49,937 nt of DNA, taken from NCBI GenBank assembly GCA_050633765.1, contig JBOEHC010000057.1, positions 1 to 49,937 of the forward strand, written 5' to 3'. This document shows positions 21,262 to 29,705 of the stretch, in pieces. Numbering within the stretch: position 1 is the stretch's first letter; every line of letters starts with the position of its first letter. The translations under genes were made by a program, and so were the position numbers. The stretch comes from Gammaproteobacteria bacterium. Lineage in GTDB: Bacteria > Pseudomonadota > Gammaproteobacteria > UBA4575. Under the pieces are notes generated by a model. It did no database searches, was not told where the DNA came from, and was given only the letters and a program-made list of their open reading frames with translations.

Positions 21262-21702
21262 CTAGGCTTGAACGATAGTCAATGCTTGTTCAACCCCTTT
21301 TTCCAGCTGCCGCAGTCTGTTGAACTCTTCGAGTAGCCGCTGTTCTAGATTCTTAAAATTTAGCGGCAGCGTTCTTTTGCAAATACTATAACCCTCGCCA
21401 ATCTGATAACCTTTCCATTTTTTTATGCGGTCTCTTTCTAATGACATAAACTCTTTAATAAACGACTGCTGCGAAGGACAATCCTCCTCAACGTGCATGC
21501 AGATTGGGAATGCTTTTTGTTTAACTTCTCTGGCTTCAATAAAAGTTTCAAAATGAATTCCACCTTGATTCTGGTTATACCAGGTATCCTTATAAAGTTG
21601 CAGATAAACACCTCGGTTGTATATTTCCCAGCCATCATCAAACCAATTTGATTTATACATTGTTTTTTCAAGGTTACGAAAAACTTTTTTTAGATCTTTC
21701 AT
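21262..21702 (-). CDS. Orphan protein, unknown function
   Basis: 146 aa. Trp/Tyr-rich N-terminal half and a helical C-terminus. I recognise no family. Confidence 0.5.
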   Translation of the reverse strand: MKDLKKVFRNLEKTMYKSNWFDDGWEIYNRGVYLQLYKDTWYNQNQGGIHFETFIEAREVKQKAFPICMHVEEDCPSQQSFIKEFMSLERDRIKKWKGYQIGEGYSICKRTLPLNFKNLEQRLLEEFNRLRQLEKGVEQALTIVQA

Positions 21703-21811
21703 GTTAATTACTTTTCTTATTTATAGCCTGCACATAACCATTAGCAATTACGAAATGTTGATGAAATATAGAAATAAGATATTTATATCTTAGCTGCAAA
21801 ATACTCATAAC

Positions 21812-23023
21812 CTACACCTTATCCAATTCAGCCAGGCGTTGTATACCAATCTCTAAATTTTTTATATCCGTAGTATAAGCAAATCGTACATGTTGATTCG
21901 CCTCATTTACCCCAAAATCAATACCTGGTGTAAAAGCGACATGATTTTCTTGCAGAACCTTACAAGAAAAATCATAACTATCTTCACAAAATGCTGAACA
22001 ATCTGCGTAAATATAAAAAGCGCCCTGTGGTTTCACGCGAATTTTGAACCCCAATTCATTCAGTGCATCATATAAATAATCTCGACGTGCTTTAAATTCA
22101 TCACGTCTTTCTATTAGAATTTTTTGCGTATCATCATTAAACGCTGCTAATGCTGCATATTGGCTTGGTGTAGGCGCAGCCAAAAATGTGTGTTGTGCGA
22201 GCTTATTCACTTCTTTTAAATAAGTTTTTGGCGCAACTATCCAACCTACTCGCCAACCTGTCATTCCATAAAATTTTGAAAAGCTATTAATTACAAAAGT
22301 ATTGTTATTTAAACCCACTGCAGTCTTTGGTGTTTGCCCATATACCAAACCGTGGTAAATCTCATCCACTAATAAAAACACACCTTTGGATTCACAAAAA
22401 TCAGCAATCTTTTGTAATTGCGCATCATCAAGCAACGTTCCGGTCGGATTAGAAGGGCTAGCCACTAACACGGTATTAATCGCATCGCTCCAATACTCTT
22501 CCAGCAACTCGACCGTGAGCTGCCAGCATGACTCTTCTGTGACCGCAATCTGTAAAACATTTCCTCCCAATAAGCGCACAAGGTTATGAGTACTTGGGTA
22601 GGCCGGGTCCGGAATTACAACAGAATCTCCATCAGCAACCATTAGATTTAAAACCAGTTGCAATGCCGTAGCAGAACCAGGAGTAATAATAATTTGTTCA
22701 GGGTCTATGGTGACGCGATGTTCTTTAAGGTAGAAATTAGCAATCGCTTTACGTAACTCAGGCAAGCCTAGTGTTGGTGTGTAATGGGTAATACCTGATT
22801 GCAACGATTTAATTCCCGCATCAATAATCGGTTGCGGGGTAGAAAAATCCGGCTCTCCCATTTCCATATGAATTACTTGATTGCCTTGCGCATCCAGCCG
22901 TTTTGCTTCTGCCATTAAACTCATTACATGAAATGAATTTACATGCTGTAGTCGTCTCGAAACTTTGGGGCCTAGTATTTTAGTACCTAAAGTTTTTAGA
23001 TCATGAGCCTTAGTTTTTGTCAT
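21812..23023 (-). CDS. PLP-dependent aminotransferase, class I/II (aspartate/aromatic-like)
   Basis: 403 aa. SPSNPTG, the SFSK..GMTGWR.G PLP-lysine motif, and a C-terminal R.....T. Confidence 0.85.
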   Translation of the reverse strand: MTKTKAHDLKTLGTKILGPKVSRRLQHVNSFHVMSLMAEAKRLDAQGNQVIHMEMGEPDFSTPQPIIDAGIKSLQSGITHYTPTLGLPELRKAIANFYLKEHRVTIDPEQIIITPGSATALQLVLNLMVADGDSVVIPDPAYPSTHNLVRLLGGNVLQIAVTEESCWQLTVELLEEYWSDAINTVLVASPSNPTGTLLDDAQLQKIADFCESKGVFLLVDEIYHGLVYGQTPKTAVGLNNNTFVINSFSKFYGMTGWRVGWIVAPKTYLKEVNKLAQHTFLAAPTPSQYAALAAFNDDTQKILIERRDEFKARRDYLYDALNELGFKIRVKPQGAFYIYADCSAFCEDSYDFSCKVLQENHVAFTPGIDFGVNEANQHVRFAYTTDIKNLEIGIQRLAELDKV

Positions 23024-23198
23024 ATTTGAATCCTAACAAGGTTAACTGATAAGCGGTACCTCATATATCATGACCTATTCACTCGTATATTTTTGAAGAG
23101 CTAACCCTTTCGCCATACTCATACGTTTACAAGTATAAGCATATTAGTAATGTGTTAGACACTTGCTTTCATACAAAGGCATCGCTAGTCTGCCTGCC

Positions 23199-23780
23199 AT
23201 GGAGAATGTGGATAACACTCTTGACGGTGAAATAAACGATGAACACCTTATGCTTCAGTATCAGCAAGGTGATCAAGAGGCTTTTGAAGACTTATATCGA
23301 AAATACAAGGATGTGCTGTATCGCTACTTTCTTAAGCATTGCAGTGATCGTCAGCAATCTGAAGAGTTATACCAAGAGGTGTGGATTAAATTGATTAACA
23401 GTGCAGCACGCTATAAACCAAAGGCAAAGTTTAAGACCTATCTTTTTACCATTGCACACAACACATTGGTGGACTTTTATCGCAAAGCCAAACCCTCGCA
23501 ATTAATTGAATTTGAAGACGCTGAAATGACAGAAGATTTTGCCAACCACCCTGCAATGTTAGCTTTACCTGAAGACGAGTTCACATTGAAGCAAAAATCC
23601 AATGTATTGATGCAGACCTTAGAAGAACTGCCAGCAGATCAAAAAGAAGCGGCAATATTACATTTTGAGCAAGAAATGAGTGTGCAAGAGATTGCTGAAA
23701 TTACTCAAGTAAAAACTGAAACCGCAAAAAGTCGATTACGCTATGCAAAAAATAAACTTAAAGCTGCATTACTAGACTAA
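23199..23780 (+). CDS. ECF-type RNA polymerase sigma factor
   Basis: The track ORF starts at TTG 23163, and the first ATG is 23199. Region 2 (FE.LY.KY...LYRYF) and a region 4 HTH (MSVQEIAEIT....TAKSRL.YA) are present. Confidence 0.85.
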   Translation: MENVDNTLDGEINDEHLMLQYQQGDQEAFEDLYRKYKDVLYRYFLKHCSDRQQSEELYQEVWIKLINSAARYKPKAKFKTYLFTIAHNTLVDFYRKAKPSQLIEFEDAEMTEDFANHPAMLALPEDEFTLKQKSNVLMQTLEELPADQKEAAILHFEQEMSVQEIAEITQVKTETAKSRLRYAKNKLKAALLD

Positions 23781-23786
23781 CTTAAC

Positions 23787-24782
23787 ATGACTATAGACTC
23801 ACAAGACAAAGACGAGCAAGTTTTAGCGCAGTTTTATAAACAAGGTGCGAAGGAGACACCTCCAGCCAAACTTAATAGTGAAATTATTAATTATGCTGCT
23901 GATGCCAGCAAGAAAACGAGTATGCCTGCATCGGAGAATAACCACGTAGGTAGTCATTTCGGTGGCGGCTGGAAAGTACCTCTATCGCTTGCTGCCAGTG
24001 TAGTGGTCGTGTTTGCACTATTAGTTCAAATAGACCAAAGCCCACAACAATTAGAGCTTCCGCCTATTCCTGAGATTTCTATACCTAGTAAATCAAAGTC
24101 TATTGAAGATGCACATCAAGCAGAAGAAGCTATTGCGAATGACGCACCTTTATTTAAGCAAGATGATAATGAATCAGATTTAGATTCTCATGACGCAGTA
24201 AAATCCAATTTACCCGAAAGACGTGCAAATAAAATTAATGAACAAGAAACCGTACCTCCCAGCACCCAAACTCGGTCTACAGCAGATAAAAAAGCTGAAC
24301 AAAAACAATCAACCTACCGTGAACGCACTGATGATAAAAACTTGCTAGAAAAAGACACATTATCAGATGACATACGCCCTCAAGACGAACTGCGTTCTAA
24401 TGAAGTGAGCTCCCCAAAACTAAGTAAGCCTAGTGCTGCAAAAAAACAGCTAGAAATAAACTCTGAAGCAGGTGCAACACAGCCAAGCACCATCGATGAA
24501 AATCCTAAACTTGAAAATTACTCTACAGGCCGCAAAGAGAGACAACAAGAAAGTCCACAGGAAAAAATTCTAGAAGAACAAGAATCTTCAGAAATTGGTG
24601 CAAGCGATGCATTAGACAATACAACCGAAGACTTCGCTCCTATTCCAGTTGAAGATTGGCTATTAATGATTGAAAAGCTTATTGCAAAAAAAGACTATGC
24701 TGAAGCCGCTAGGCAACTACAAAAATTCAAGCAAACTCACCCAAAAGTGAATGTTGAAGACTTAGACTCCAAAATCCCCTGA
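23787..24782 (+). CDS. Putative anti-sigma factor / single-pass membrane protein
   Basis: 331 aa, starting 7 nt after the sigma gene. It has a ~60-aa cytoplasmic head, one TM (VPLSLAASVVVVFALLVQI), a long charged low-complexity periplasmic region and a helical tail. It contains no Cys, so it is not a zinc anti-sigma (ZAS). Confidence 0.5.
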   Translation: MTIDSQDKDEQVLAQFYKQGAKETPPAKLNSEIINYAADASKKTSMPASENNHVGSHFGGGWKVPLSLAASVVVVFALLVQIDQSPQQLELPPIPEISIPSKSKSIEDAHQAEEAIANDAPLFKQDDNESDLDSHDAVKSNLPERRANKINEQETVPPSTQTRSTADKKAEQKQSTYRERTDDKNLLEKDTLSDDIRPQDELRSNEVSSPKLSKPSAAKKQLEINSEAGATQPSTIDENPKLENYSTGRKERQQESPQEKILEEQESSEIGASDALDNTTEDFAPIPVEDWLLMIEKLIAKKDYAEAARQLQKFKQTHPKVNVEDLDSKIP

Positions 24783-24852
24783 TTCTGCATTTATTTGTAA
24801 CTATTGTTTATAAAGCTTGTCATATACTCTAACTAACTAGCTTTACAATACT

Positions 24853-25290
24853 TTGATAAACCGTTCATTGAATCATGTAATCAAATTTTTAGCATTAACT
24901 GTTGCTTCAATCCTGCTAGTTTTCGCATGCGCGACACCTAAGCCAATTTTATATCCCAATGAACATGCAAAAAAAGTTGGCGATGACCAAGTTTTAAAAG
25001 ATATCAATGAATGTCATCAGCTTGCAAAAGACAGTGGCGCAAAATCTAATAGCAGCGGCGAAGTTGCCAAGGGTACTGCAGGAAGCGCTACTGAAGGAGC
25101 CGCCACTGGTGCAGCAACCGGCGCGGTGACCGGTAACGCAGGTACTGCTGCAGCAGTCGGCGCTATAAGTCGCGGAATGAACCGCTTCTTCTCAAGTATG
25201 CGTCGCAACAAAGGCCCTAGTGCTGCTTACAAAGAAATTGTTGAGCGATGTTTAATTAATAAAGGTTATGAACCTGTAGGTTGGAAATAG
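24853..25290 (+). CDS. Glycine-zipper lipoprotein
   Basis: 145 aa. Lipobox LLVFAC and a Gly/Ala/Thr zipper (GTAGSATEGAATGAATGAVTGNAGTAAAVGA). The start is uncertain: TTG at 24853 or TTG at 24868. Confidence 0.6.
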   Translation: MINRSLNHVIKFLALTVASILLVFACATPKPILYPNEHAKKVGDDQVLKDINECHQLAKDSGAKSNSSGEVAKGTAGSATEGAATGAATGAVTGNAGTAAAVGAISRGMNRFFSSMRRNKGPSAAYKEIVERCLINKGYEPVGWK

Positions 25291-25330
25291 CGGCACGCAC
25301 TAAGAATATTTCATGCTTTTTAAATTTATC

Positions 25331-26107
25331 TTAAACAGCTGGTGTAGGTAACAATCCATCGACTAAGAATTGATCCAACTCAAAACTGATATTATCCCAG
25401 CTGTCATCCAAACTACGAATCGTTACGGTTTTATCTTTAGTGATACAGCTCCAATGTCTTAAGGCTTGTGGCACATCGTTACAAATAGCCTTGCAAGTAA
25501 ATATTCCTATATTAATTTGATTTAGTGCGCGAGCTGAATAGTAGCTAAACACTTCTACACTTTTTTCACGCATATCCCCGCCAATGGCTTGAGAAGCTTG
25601 ATAATGACCTGGGTCACTAATTTCTTTTTTGTATTTACTGAATGGCGATTCATGCAATGCAACTCCATTCTTCGTTTGATAATTTACCTTGAAGGATGTG
25701 TGCTGAGTAACTTTCTGACTTTTCTTTGGTGTGGTCATCATGCCGTCATAATATACAAATCGATAATACGCGAGCTCTGCAAAAGCAGCATCTATGTTAG
25801 TAGAGCCATAAAAAATACTTGAATGAGTCTTTGCTCCAAAACGGGAACCGTGCTTAAGGGGTGGATATCGAAACGGTGTGTAGATGAGATAATCAAAATT
25901 TTCACAATCTTGTGGAATGCGAGGTTTTACCCGTTCTAACATTTCTTCTAATACTTTCTGCTCTTCTAGAGTATCTACCAATGTATTAGTCGCAACTTTC
26001 TGTTGTGATTCGGCAATTCTAAATGCTTCCCCTTGCAATGGCTTGATGTGCTCTTTTTTAATCTCAAACTTCATATCAAAACCCAATGAAGTTCTATACT
26101 TTGCCAC
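25331..26107 (-). CDS. RES-domain toxin (NAD+-targeting family)
   Basis: 258 aa. GSRFG (R), FAELAYY (E) and a downstream S form the RES triad context. It lies immediately downstream of an Xre/DUF2384 antitoxin. GTG start at 26107; the alternative ATG is at 26074. Confidence 0.75.
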   Translation of the reverse strand: MAKYRTSLGFDMKFEIKKEHIKPLQGEAFRIAESQQKVATNTLVDTLEEQKVLEEMLERVKPRIPQDCENFDYLIYTPFRYPPLKHGSRFGAKTHSSIFYGSTNIDAAFAELAYYRFVYYDGMMTTPKKSQKVTQHTSFKVNYQTKNGVALHESPFSKYKKEISDPGHYQASQAIGGDMREKSVEVFSYYSARALNQINIGIFTCKAICNDVPQALRHWSCITKDKTVTIRSLDDSWDNISFELDQFLVDGLLPTPAV

Positions 26108-26465
26108 GCATAGCGTCGAGATACTCCACCACTCGAACCAAACCCTGGATATTTTTAAGCAACTCTTTAGGCGTGTCGTTTAAATGTTTATTAGGTGTAT
26201 TTAACCACTCTTCTATTGCCTCAATATCACCACCCTCAAGTGCATACAGAGAACGGTAAATACGGATTACATGCAGCGCTAACTCTCCCTCTTTACTATC
26301 AGGCTCTAATACGTTGTTATTTCGCAAACGTGTAAAGTAGGTGCGATCTTTACCAATAATTTCACCCAACTCTGTATTAGTTAGCCCTAAATACTCTTTG
26401 CTATTTAACAAGGCTTTACTTAGTACTTCGTTTTCTGAAGGTAGCCTTTGGACCTGTGCACTCAT
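26094..26465 (-). CDS. Xre-like antitoxin with a C-terminal DUF2384 (MbcA/ParS-type) toxin-binding domain
   Basis: 123 aa. HTH LGLTNTELGEIIGKDRTYFTRL, then IEEWLNTPNKHLNDTPKELL...GL..V..YL. AGGAG SD lies 6 nt upstream. Confidence 0.8.
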   Translation of the reverse strand: MSAQVQRLPSENEVLSKALLNSKEYLGLTNTELGEIIGKDRTYFTRLRNNNVLEPDSKEGELALHVIRIYRSLYALEGGDIEAIEEWLNTPNKHLNDTPKELLKNIQGLVRVVEYLDAMRGKV

Positions 26466-26476
26466 GATATTCTCCT

Positions 26477-26494
26477 ATGATGTATATGCATCAT
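26477..26494. promoter_or_regulatory. Operator-like palindrome upstream of the Xre/RES operon
   Basis: ATGATG-TATATG-CATCAT sits between a TATAAT-like box and the SD, read on the minus strand. Confidence 0.45.
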
Positions 26495-26688
26495 TATATA
26501 TATAATAGATATATTTGCAACTTTTTAAACATTAAATACTAATAGCTTATTGATTTTATTGAAGTAATTGAAAGCGTAGGATCGAAATTAGTGAGTTAAT
26601 CGAGCGCTTAAAAGCACAATAATCGCTACAATCAACACTAGAAAAACCAAAGCAATATTGCCAAATGTAAGCTACTGAGAGCACACAC

Positions 26689-26889
26689 TTGAATAAGAAA
26701 AATAAAATCCTACTACTACTAGCTGCAATGATGATGTTTGTCAGCTTGGTTTCAGCATTGTTTTATACGGTCAAAACCGGATTACTACCCTTTCAAATGG
26801 GCTTGTTGTTGTTTATTAGTTTGATGGGTATGTACATAGGGTTCGGAATATTAATTGGTGCCTATCGTTTAGTAAATAAACTTAACTAA
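26689..26889 (+). CDS. Small two-TM membrane protein (hypothetical)
   Basis: 66 aa. TTG start, basic N-terminus (NKKNK) and two hydrophobic helices. No family recognised. Confidence 0.35.
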   Translation: MNKKNKILLLLAAMMMFVSLVSALFYTVKTGLLPFQMGLLLFISLMGMYIGFGILIGAYRLVNKLN

Positions 26890-27061
26890 CTTATTAAATT
26901 ATAGTTGTTTTATCTCAAACATCTCTATAAGCAATCATTCAAGCAAATAATTTATACTTTGAAACACGTTACAACTTGCATTTCATTTCATTGAACTAAG
27001 TAGAATTTCATACAATTTTATTACCCGTCTATCGGGACATAAGACACGATTAGGTTTTTTT

Positions 27062-27084
27062 GTATGATTATTATCACATCATAC
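27062..27084. promoter_or_regulatory. Palindrome abutting the SD of the orphan gene
   Basis: GTATGAT-N9-ATCATAC is immediately 5' of AAGGAA and the ATG at 27094. Confidence 0.35.
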
Positions 27085-27093
27085 AAGGAACAC

Positions 27094-27477
27094 ATGATGA
27101 CAACGAGCAAGTTAAACACAATTATTAGAAAGGTCATTCCATTAAAAGACATTCCTACAACAACTGACAATATAGATGATACGGATATTAAAGAAGTAGT
27201 TAATTGCTGTAGAGATGAAATACAAAAATCAGTCGATACTGGAATAATGCCTGCACCAAAATATTTCGAGCAAGTAGCGGTTCTATCTAGAAAAGAAAAA
27301 AACTACGAAAACGAAATTGCAATATGTGACATGTATATTAAGCTTGTAAAAAAATATGCCTCTGAGCATAAATTGTCTAGACAAGAATTCACAGACAATG
27401 TACTTCCAGAATGCGCCCCGCTTTATAAACGCATGCATAATGCAAAGTCGATGATGTCTAAAGGACAAACAGAATAA
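27094..27477 (+). CDS. Orphan soluble protein, unknown function
   Basis: The track ORF is 27064..27477. AAGGAA lies upstream of the ATG at 27094, giving about 127 aa starting MMTTSKL. It looks helical and I see no motif. Confidence 0.5.
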   Translation: MMTTSKLNTIIRKVIPLKDIPTTTDNIDDTDIKEVVNCCRDEIQKSVDTGIMPAPKYFEQVAVLSRKEKNYENEIAICDMYIKLVKKYASEHKLSRQEFTDNVLPECAPLYKRMHNAKSMMSKGQTE

Positions 27478-27538
27478 CGACTTACACTAAAGTCTGATTT
27501 CGATATAATAGTCCTTACCTAACTCAGGGTGAGACAAT

Positions 27539-28243
27539 ATGAAAATATATCGACTATTATTCCTTTCTCTATTTGCTATTTTATTTATCACAAGCTGTGC
27601 TAGCTCATCAGATGATAATGATATCAAAGAAAGTCCTGCAAATACTCTACCTGCAGTTAACTATGTAGCATTAGGTGCGAGCGATGCATTTGGGATTGGA
27701 GCAGAACCCATCACCAGAGGATATGTATATCGTATTAAAGATGGATTTGAAGATCGCGGTAGAAAAGTAAATTTACTCAACTTAGGCATTCCCACAGCCG
27801 ATATTCCTGCCATTAAAAAAACCGCAAAAGCAGCACTCAAACGCGATACCGAAATTGATTTAGTCACCATCTGGACAGGTGCAAATGATTTAATAGGCGG
27901 CAGTAATGTTAGCGACTTCGAAGAAGATCTAGAAAGCATGCTTAGGCGCATTCGGAACAAAAGCAATGCCTTTATCGTAATCATGAATCTTCCAGACCTG
28001 ACTCAAATTAAAAAATTTAGAGAAGATCCGGATAAAGATGTAACCGAGGCGAACGTAACAGCATTTAATCAAGCCATCACTCGTCAAGCAAATAATTATA
28101 ACGTACCAATTGTAGATTTCTTTAAAGATGCACCAAGCGATATGCTAGTGAGCAAGAGAGATGGCTTTCACCCTAACAATGATGGCCATCAACGCATTGC
28201 AGATTTATATTTACAAATCATTTTGCCGAAATTTGGTTTATAA
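27539..28243 (+). CDS. SGNH/GDSL-family hydrolase lipoprotein
   Basis: 234 aa. Lipobox ITSCAS, block I ALGASD, block III GANDL and block V DGFHPN..GH. Confidence 0.8.
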   Translation: MKIYRLLFLSLFAILFITSCASSSDDNDIKESPANTLPAVNYVALGASDAFGIGAEPITRGYVYRIKDGFEDRGRKVNLLNLGIPTADIPAIKKTAKAALKRDTEIDLVTIWTGANDLIGGSNVSDFEEDLESMLRRIRNKSNAFIVIMNLPDLTQIKKFREDPDKDVTEANVTAFNQAITRQANNYNVPIVDFFKDAPSDMLVSKRDGFHPNNDGHQRIADLYLQIILPKFGL

Positions 28244-29656
28244 CTATTTTCTTTTCTTAACCTTCTTAAGTAAACGCTTACGACTATGTTCTTGGCGAGG
28301 AGTGAGTTTGTTTCTTTTCCCGGCATAAGGGTTATCCGGCTGCTTAAATACAAACCGAATAGGCGTGCCAACCAATTTCAAAGTCTTACGGAAATAATTT
28401 TCCATATAACGCTTATAACTTGCAGGAATTCTTTCAATTTGATTTCCATGAATAGCAAAGGTAGGCGGGCAACTACTCACCTGAGCTGCATATTTAAGTT
28501 TGATTCTTCGGCCACGCACCAAGGGTGGCTGAAAACTTTCTAGTGCGCTTTCTAAAATTCTATTTAGTTCCGAAGTACCAACATTAACATTTGCAGATTT
28601 ATATGCTTTTGCAGCAGCACGCATTAGTTTCGTGACACCTTCTTTATGTTTGGCAGAAATAAATTGCCGTTCGGCAAAATCTAGGAAACGAAGTTTTAAG
28701 TCAAACCCTTTTTGAATTTCTTTACGGTCTTCTAAAGAGCTTATATCCGTTTTATTAATCGCTACGACGACAGCACGACCACTTTCCAGAACCATACCCG
28801 CTAAGTGCGCATCTTGAACAGCAAACTCTTTAGTGCCATCAAGCATCAAAATTACCACATGCGAATCTTCAACAGCCTGAATAGTTTTAACTACACTGAA
28901 TTTTTCAACCATATCACTTACTTTACTACGACGCCGCACACCAGCCGTATCTATAAGCTCAAATTTAGTACCAAATTTCTCAATATTAGCTGAAATACTG
29001 TCACGTGTTGTTCCAGGAACATCGGAGGTAACAAAACGCTCTTCACCAATTAACGCATTGGCTAGCGTTGATTTACCCACATTAGGCCTACCAACTAGCG
29101 CTACTTTGATCACATCGGAAGGACCATCTTCTTCTTGCTCTTCCTCAATATGAGGAAACTGCTCTTCTACCTTTGCAAATAAAGCACGCACACCTTTCCC
29201 AGATCTTGCTGATGTTTCATAAACATGTTTTGCTCCAAGCGAAAAAAAATCACTAGACAGCATATTTTCAACACCTGAGTCTGCTTTGTTTACCAAAACA
29301 AACACTTTTTTATTGCTTGATCTAAGCTTTTTAAATACTTCTTGATCTTGTGGCACAAGGCCTTCTGCACCGTCTACAAGAAAACAAACTAAATCAGCTT
29401 CTTCAATTGCATGCCAGGCTTGCGTGCTAATCAGATGATTCATATTATCTTGATTAGGTGATTCATCTGGCGGCGCAATTCCGCCCGTATCAATAACAAT
29501 GTATCGGTTGTCGAACCGTTTAGTTAAACCATAAATACGGTCACGCGTTAGACCAGGCTGGTCTGCAACTAACGCATTTTTAGACTTAGTTAGGTAATTG
29601 AATAAGGTTGATTTACCAACATTGGGACGACCAACCAGTGCTATGACAGGCTTCAT
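28244..29656 (-). CDS. der: Ribosome-associated GTPase Der (EngA)
   Basis: 470 aa. Two G domains, each with GRPNVGKST, and a basic KH-like tail. Confidence 0.95.
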   Translation of the reverse strand: MKPVIALVGRPNVGKSTLFNYLTKSKNALVADQPGLTRDRIYGLTKRFDNRYIVIDTGGIAPPDESPNQDNMNHLISTQAWHAIEEADLVCFLVDGAEGLVPQDQEVFKKLRSSNKKVFVLVNKADSGVENMLSSDFFSLGAKHVYETSARSGKGVRALFAKVEEQFPHIEEEQEEDGPSDVIKVALVGRPNVGKSTLANALIGEERFVTSDVPGTTRDSISANIEKFGTKFELIDTAGVRRRSKVSDMVEKFSVVKTIQAVEDSHVVILMLDGTKEFAVQDAHLAGMVLESGRAVVVAINKTDISSLEDRKEIQKGFDLKLRFLDFAERQFISAKHKEGVTKLMRAAAKAYKSANVNVGTSELNRILESALESFQPPLVRGRRIKLKYAAQVSSCPPTFAIHGNQIERIPASYKRYMENYFRKTLKLVGTPIRFVFKQPDNPYAGKRNKLTPRQEHSRKRLLKKVKKRK

Positions 29657-29705
29657 ATCTATACACTCGTTGGTAACTAAATTTTTTGATCAATGAAAAT
29701 AGAAA

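Noticed and set aside
20969-21265. Plus-strand ORFs of 98 aa and 79 aa
   Set aside because: They overlap the minus-strand DUF1289 gene, which has a clear Cys signature. The 98-aa ORF starts inside REP-like R3 (MSVLGHKQS is the translated repeat).
25017-25211. A 64-aa Ala/Pro-rich minus-strand ORF
   Set aside because: It is the mirror image of the Gly/Ala/Thr zipper coding region of the lipoprotein gene, so it is a compositional artefact.
26588-26671. A possible type I toxin-like hydrophobic peptide (…ALVFLVLIVAIIVLLSARLTH) on the minus strand near the TA module
   Set aside because: The open frame is only 27 codons and has no ATG. Only weak TTG/GTG candidates exist, with no SD, so a chance hydrophobic reading of AT-rich DNA is more likely.
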